Origin: Podarcis bocagei
Lineage: Eukaryota
DNA: 64,000 bases
Direction: 5' to 3' (one strand)
NCBI GenBank assembly: GCA_964188305.1
Contig: OZ076886.1
Made by a program: the position numbers and the translations under genes
The notes under the pieces: generated by a model
Databases searched by the model: none
Told to the model about the DNA's origin: nothing
The model's input: only the letters and a program-made list of their open reading frames with translations
Shown: positions 52,701 to 64,000 of the stretch, piece by piece
How the letters are laid out: each line of letters opens with the position of its first letter
How positions within the stretch are numbered: position 1 is the stretch's first letter

Positions 52701-55700
52701 CAACTTCATACATATTATTAATCCTCAGACACAGGAAAGGTGTGTTTAATGTGGCAATCCCTGTGCTTGCAGAAAGCAAGATGCATTTGTTAAAGTTACT
52801 ATCCCCAATCACTTTTCACACCACTGGGCTGTATTCAATTTTTACCCAGAGTAGACCCTCGGCCTTGAAGAGACAGCTGCCAGTGTTGTTTTGTTTACTC
52901 CAACCAATAGCCCACCCTGCTTTGTATGCACTTAGAACTAGTTTGTTGACACCCCCCTCCTGTGGCATTCACAGGGTCCGTACTTGTCCTCAGTGAACTG
53001 CACCTCCTCCTGAGACCAAATGCAGTATTTCCAAAGATGAACCACTTCCCTCCATTTAATTAGGATCCCAGCAGATACACTGCACTGCATGCCATTTCCA
53101 CAATGCTCTGAATGGGTCATATGGAGTGAAAGGACTATTTGACCCTAATATTTATCCCTAAACCAGGCTTAGAAAACAGGCCTTTCCTCTTGTCCTGACA
53201 CAAAAGATGGGGCTCAAGGAAGTATGAGCTTTGCCTCATGACATGCAAAGATACAATGACATTCCTGGAAGGAACAATTTTCTCTTCCTGTGTCCAAGCT
53301 AAGGAATACCAAAACCACCCTTTCACCAAGAAGTCTTTGCTGCACAGAAAGTTGAGTCATCTTTTGAATGGGACTCTGGTGATGCATGAAAACTGTTTTG
53401 AACACAGAACAAAGCACACACTCAATTTGCAATGGGCAATTAGAGGACACTCGAGGAGCAACTCAGTGCCATTCTGTTATCCCATCCTTCATCCCACCAT
53501 AAATCCTGGGACACGTAAGACACATCAGTGCCAATTCCACTGACTTCAGAACCAAACATTATTAAGAGAGAGAACTCAGCTGCTGCACCATAAGAGTACA
53601 AGCTGCATTAGGAAATATTTGTATTACGTTCAAGTATACTTACCATTAATTTTGCCTTTATCACAATGTTTTCTCTTTTTTATTCATCAGCAACTGCTCC
53701 CTAATCCTTCCTAATAATGCTCTCCATGTCTTATTTGCTACTAGTTGTATTATCATCCCATCTCTTGATCCCTAACTTGACCTCTCTGAATTTAACTGCC
53801 TTCAATGTGCACAAGGATACTGCAGCTCTGAGCACTTTTAAATTCCAGTCACAAAGGAGAGGTAGAACCTGGGCTTGGTAGACAGAACTTCTTGTTTCTC
53901 CCTGCCTTGATGGGCATCTTTTGGCATGAAAGGTTGATGCAATTGTACTACCTGCCAAATTCTGGTGGATCCCTTTCATGTAAACGACATCTTTTAAAAT
54001 CAGCATGCACTATACCAAATATTCATTTGCTGTACCGGAAACTGATGGAAGTGGATTTCAAACTGAGAATATGTCTACACCAGGATGTTAATGTGCATGG
54101 TATATACCAATTGGTGTTTTGCCATTTTTATTGTTTTTGAGAAGCGTGTGTTTATCCCAGTTTTGTATGCTGAAACATCATGACATCAGCAAGTCACAAG
54201 GAGAGTGTGCCAGTCCCTGAGCTGATCTATCACGAGTCCAGGTGGGCAGAGATAACACAGTAACTCTGAATGTTTGCCCAGAGACCACTGCACAAACCCT
54301 GACTTACACCTCTTCAGGGCAAGAGGTGGGTACTGCTTCCTAGGAAAGTTCATCCAGTCCAGTGTTAAACTGCACACTGTCTGGAGACAGCCAGAAAGGC
54401 GGCGGGGGACGGGGGACGGGATGGGACAGATGACATTGGGTGGTATTCAACTAAGTTTTACTGAATACCACCCAATGGTCTTTATCTGCCCATTTATTAC
54501 CAAACTGACTGTGTCAATAGTGCTTTTTCCAGAAACTGGTCACTGAGAGGACATCTTATTTCAGGAGGCGTCTGTGCACTGCTAACCTTTCTAATCTCTT
54601 CACAAAACCATAGACAGTTGAGCTTTATTTTCTGGCCCCTCGACACATGCATTGTTCGATGTGTTTGGAGAAAACAATCAACATTTGACTGTACAATGAG
54701 TGACATTGTAGGAAGAAGTTTTAGCAATAAACTTCAGTCCTGGGCACAGCTTGCTATGAGACCCATTCATTGTGCAGCTGAACACTGAATCACTGAAAAC
54801 AAAAGAGAAAAGACTTGCCCCCAAGCCTGAGCTTGCTGCATAAGGGTTTAATTTATTTGTTGAACAAACTGGTGGTTTTCATTCAGCTGTTGGCGTTTAA
54901 TCAGTTTCATATAGGGGATCAACACAGCCTCAGAGATACAGGAATGAAAGACGGAGAGCACTTAAAGCCAAAGTTCTGACACGGGCTTGAAGAGATGTTG
55001 CGTGGCCCAGAAAATGCAGCTAAGAATGCTCAAAAGACACAGGTGGGAAAGATGTAAGTCTGGGTGGTATGAGGCAGCCTGCAAAATTCACATATGTACA
55101 ACTGAGGGCCAAGCTATGTATTACATGGCTGCAGCCACATATAAATATTAGCCTGGTGGTTTCTTCTCAGCTCCAACACACATAGTGGCAGGAAGGAGGC
55201 AGGTGGAAGGATGTGCTTAACTCCTCTCCTGCCACTCACTTCCAGCCCTGAAAGCCCCAGCCTTGTAACTGAGTAGTAGCAGGCTAATGTTGTAGTGCAG
55301 ATGCAACATAACGGTTTTTTTGGCCTATAAATTCCTGTCGAACCTCTTTTTGCACTATTAGTGTTAACATCAAGACTGCTGGTCAAGCAGAAGAGAGCCA
55401 CTGGCAAGGTGAATTAGCATTCTGGTCAATGTAGGCTTTGCATTCACAAATGACCACATTAAGCCGCATCAGTTTAAATCCCCCCAAAGTTTTAGACTGC
55501 TTCCTGCCTCTGGACAGATGAAGTCCCTAAGATTGACAAACAGAATTTGCCTCACTACCACCAAAGAACAATTATAATCCATAGCTCATTGATCACATTC
55601 ATTCCTTATCCATTTTTGCTGGGGGTAGGTGGGATCCCACTGGAATCTGCATTCGCTCTCTTCAGAGAGGCGATTTTTGTCACATGTTGCGTGCAGCTGA

Positions 55701-56294
55701 ATGTGCCTGTCACTTGTCACCTGCAGGGAGAGACCTGCCTACCTCCATCCTGCCCATTCCCAGCAGGAACTCACCACTATTCCCACCCAGACTTCTAAGA
55801 AGAGTGCTGTTGGCGTGTCTTCTGGTACTTCTGCTGATGGTTTTCCTTTGCCACGTGGTTAGATCCTCAGCCCTTATGTCTCTGCATTTTGTGGCTCAGT
55901 CATATTGAACATCGGGGGCGGCAACAAAATATACACAACAACTGCATGGAGAGAGTAGAGTCTTCAGGCCAACCCACACCATCCCAGACCTGATACCAAC
56001 CAACCAACCCCCCAAGGTGCAAGTGAAATACATCAAGACAGGACAAGAAGGAAATGGGTCTGGTGTTTGAGTCCTTGTCTCCAATGCAAGTGATAGAGGG
56101 AAGTGATGTGCTTCCAGCAAGGAATGTCTCCAGGCTCAGCTGATCAGCAAGGTGGCCCCTTCCAAAAGGACAAGTTCCTATCATAAGGACAGTTCCTAGA
56201 GGGGCTGATTTGCATTCTCGAGGAGGAAGGTTGGCCCATGCCGACGTTCCTCCTCTCATGTTCTCCTCCTGCCATGTATTGGCTCTCTTTTCAC

Positions 56295-63383
<7,089 letters not shown>

Positions 63384-63770
63384 CTGAAGGGAGAAAAATA
63401 AATGGCTTCTCAGGTAAAACATGGCGCAGAACTGATCCCTGCCCCAATCCCCCACAACTGCACATTTCTGTCCTGCATTTCCTACAGAGATATAGGGTCA
63501 TTCAGCTCCCCACTATTCTCACACAAAAACAAAGGCACATGGACACGCACAAACAGAGAGACAAAGAAATTGTTCAGGATTAGAGCTTTAGTAATGTTGA
63601 AATGCCATGTCCTATGTATGACATATGGCATAAGATAAAAAGGACAGTATGTGTGGAAACTGGGTTATAACAAATATACTTCTGTGACATGAGCACAGAA
63701 TTAGACAAGTAATATCTGCTAGTACACAAATATGCATCCATGCTGCAAGAATGTGCAAGAGAGGTATATC

Positions 63771-63907
63771 CAGTGCTATTTTTTTAGCAAAAGAGGTGCC
63801 AGAACTCACCATGAACACCTCCCTTGTTCTCTTAGAATGACAATGGGGCCCACCTGAGAGGTGCTGAAACTGAGTTTCTGTGAGTTCCCACAAAAAAAAG
63901 CCCTGGA
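63771..63907. mobile_element. Short hAT-like MITE
   Basis: Termini ccagtgctattttttt / aaaaaaaagccctgg. Confidence 0.55.
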
Positions 63908-64000
63908 TACATCCAATCTACACGTGAACAAAGAAGAATACTTAGCTAATTACATGTCTGTGTAATACAGTCATGATTAGCATATCTGTTCCAGGATCAG

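Overview
Vertebrate genomic DNA from a squamate reptile, probably a lacertid lizard (inferred from Sauria-type SINEs). It matches the conserved synteny block of human 3p21.1 (DNAH1, BAP1, PHF7, SEMA3G). The window holds the last 23 coding exons of axonemal dynein heavy chain DNAH1 (+, 136-17129), a complete 17-exon BAP1 (-, 19891-34832, 727 aa) with its CpG-island promoter, and the last 4 exons of SEMA3G (-, 56295-63383). Exon boundaries were placed by hand on GT/AG sites and are phase-consistent. Between BAP1 and SEMA3G lie about 21 kb with no recognisable PHF7, filled with SINEs, LINE fragments, LTR-like pieces and DNA-transposon MITEs, plus several unexplained exon-like segments. The strongest leads are: (1) a 10-codon uORF in strong Kozak context whose stop overlaps the BAP1 start codon and which, from memory, has the same architecture in human; (2) the apparent loss or replacement of PHF7, with a possible spliced microprotein or decaying gene in its place; (3) a minimal tRNA-Lys/CR1-tail SINE; (4) hairpin MITEs inside BAP1 introns and its probable 3'UTR. 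I found no prokaryotic-type system. Most ORFs in the supplied track are spurious.
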